From Octopus sinensis (lineage: Eukaryota), in NCBI RefSeq assembly GCF_006345805.1, contig NC_043003.1, positions 52,328,001 through 52,392,000 of the forward strand: 64,000 nucleotides of DNA, written 5' to 3'. This document shows, piece after piece, positions 63,306 through 64,000 of this stretch. Position 1 is the first letter of the stretch; every line of letters starts with the position of its first letter. A model generated the notes under the pieces. That model was not told where the DNA came from. It ran no database searches and saw only the letters and a program-made list of their open reading frames with translations. A program made the translations under genes and the position numbers.

Positions 63306-63350
<45 letters not shown>
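63055..63350 (-). mobile_element. SINE-A copy (tail B) followed by (CA)n and (CTAT)n tracts
   Basis: Core GGTACTTAATTTATCGACCCCGAAAG; microsatellites at 63219-63350. Confidence 0.75.
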
Positions 63351-63354
<4 letters not shown>

Positions 63355-64000
63355 GTTTCTCTGTTTGCCTGTCTTCTCTCTCTCAGCAATGAAAGAGAGT
63401 GGTAAGAGCCAAAGGATGATAAACAAATGCGGACCGACGAGGACTCATAGCCCATCACAGGAGAAAAATAAAAGAAGTGAAAAGGCCCAACTCCGTTTTA
63501 GAACTGTGAAAGAGAACTATAATCAGTGGGACGTGTGTGAAACTCAACAGTTCTCGATAAAAACAACGATGAATTGATTGATTTAATGCATGAACTGAGG
63601 GAATACATGCCAACCAAAATGTGCTGGGACATCAATTTGAAGGGTTTTATTTGAAGTCTAGTACTTTTTTCTTTACCCGAATCTCTAAGTTACAGGATGC
63701 AGACAAAACAATATTTATTGTCAAACGGTGAAAATTAAACACACGACAGGCCTACGCAGAGTTTCTCTTTGTTATACTCGTTCAAAAGGATTTTGTTGGC
63801 CCATGCTATAGTAGAAGATAGTCAAGAAGCAAAGCAGAAATTTTCACCACACGGCTATGTCTTTGCTCTTAATCTCGCTGAGCACGTGTAGAAACGATAT
63901 CGTAGTTTTATTGCCTCGCTTCGTCGCTGTCAGCAGGCACTATCAGTGTAGTGCTTTCAAGGCAAGCTTCATGTTTGCAACACTAAATGACTAAGAGTTA

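Overview
AT-rich, repeat-saturated eukaryotic DNA. The SINE families, microsatellite load and TE set point to a coleoid cephalopod, most likely Octopus (inference from pattern recognition, not a database hit). Almost all of the window is transposable elements and microsatellites: an RTE LINE, two mariners, a DD37D/maT element, a Tigger/pogo, hAT fragments, Merlin-like MITEs, Helitron-like non-autonomous elements, a near full-length Tx1-clade L1, HERO- and R4-like restriction-endonuclease LINE relics, two CR1-group LINEs, two Ty3/Gypsy relics, Penelope-like pseudo-LTR pieces and four tRNA-derived SINE families. The only plausible host-gene signal is a minus-strand terminal exon at about 57.1-57.4 kb with a 111-bp internal duplication, plus a candidate 48-nt exon at 59.8 kb. 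The most interesting observations are: (1) a candidate minimal hammerhead ribozyme with a compensatory G3-C8 core swap inside a Penelope-like inverted repeat (46,950-47,000), with three decayed hammerhead-like motifs elsewhere; (2) two visible LINE-SINE 3'-end partnerships (Tx1 with SINE-A; CR1 with SINE-B, sharing a covarying hairpin); (3) possible ORF1-only (HAL1-like) Tx1 derivatives; (4) an R4-like element flanked on both sides by (CATA)n. All family assignments are by eye. Repeat boundaries are approximate (about +/-20-30 bp) unless a TSD or TIR is quoted. No CRISPR array, rRNA, true tRNA gene or RNA-guided nuclease was seen.
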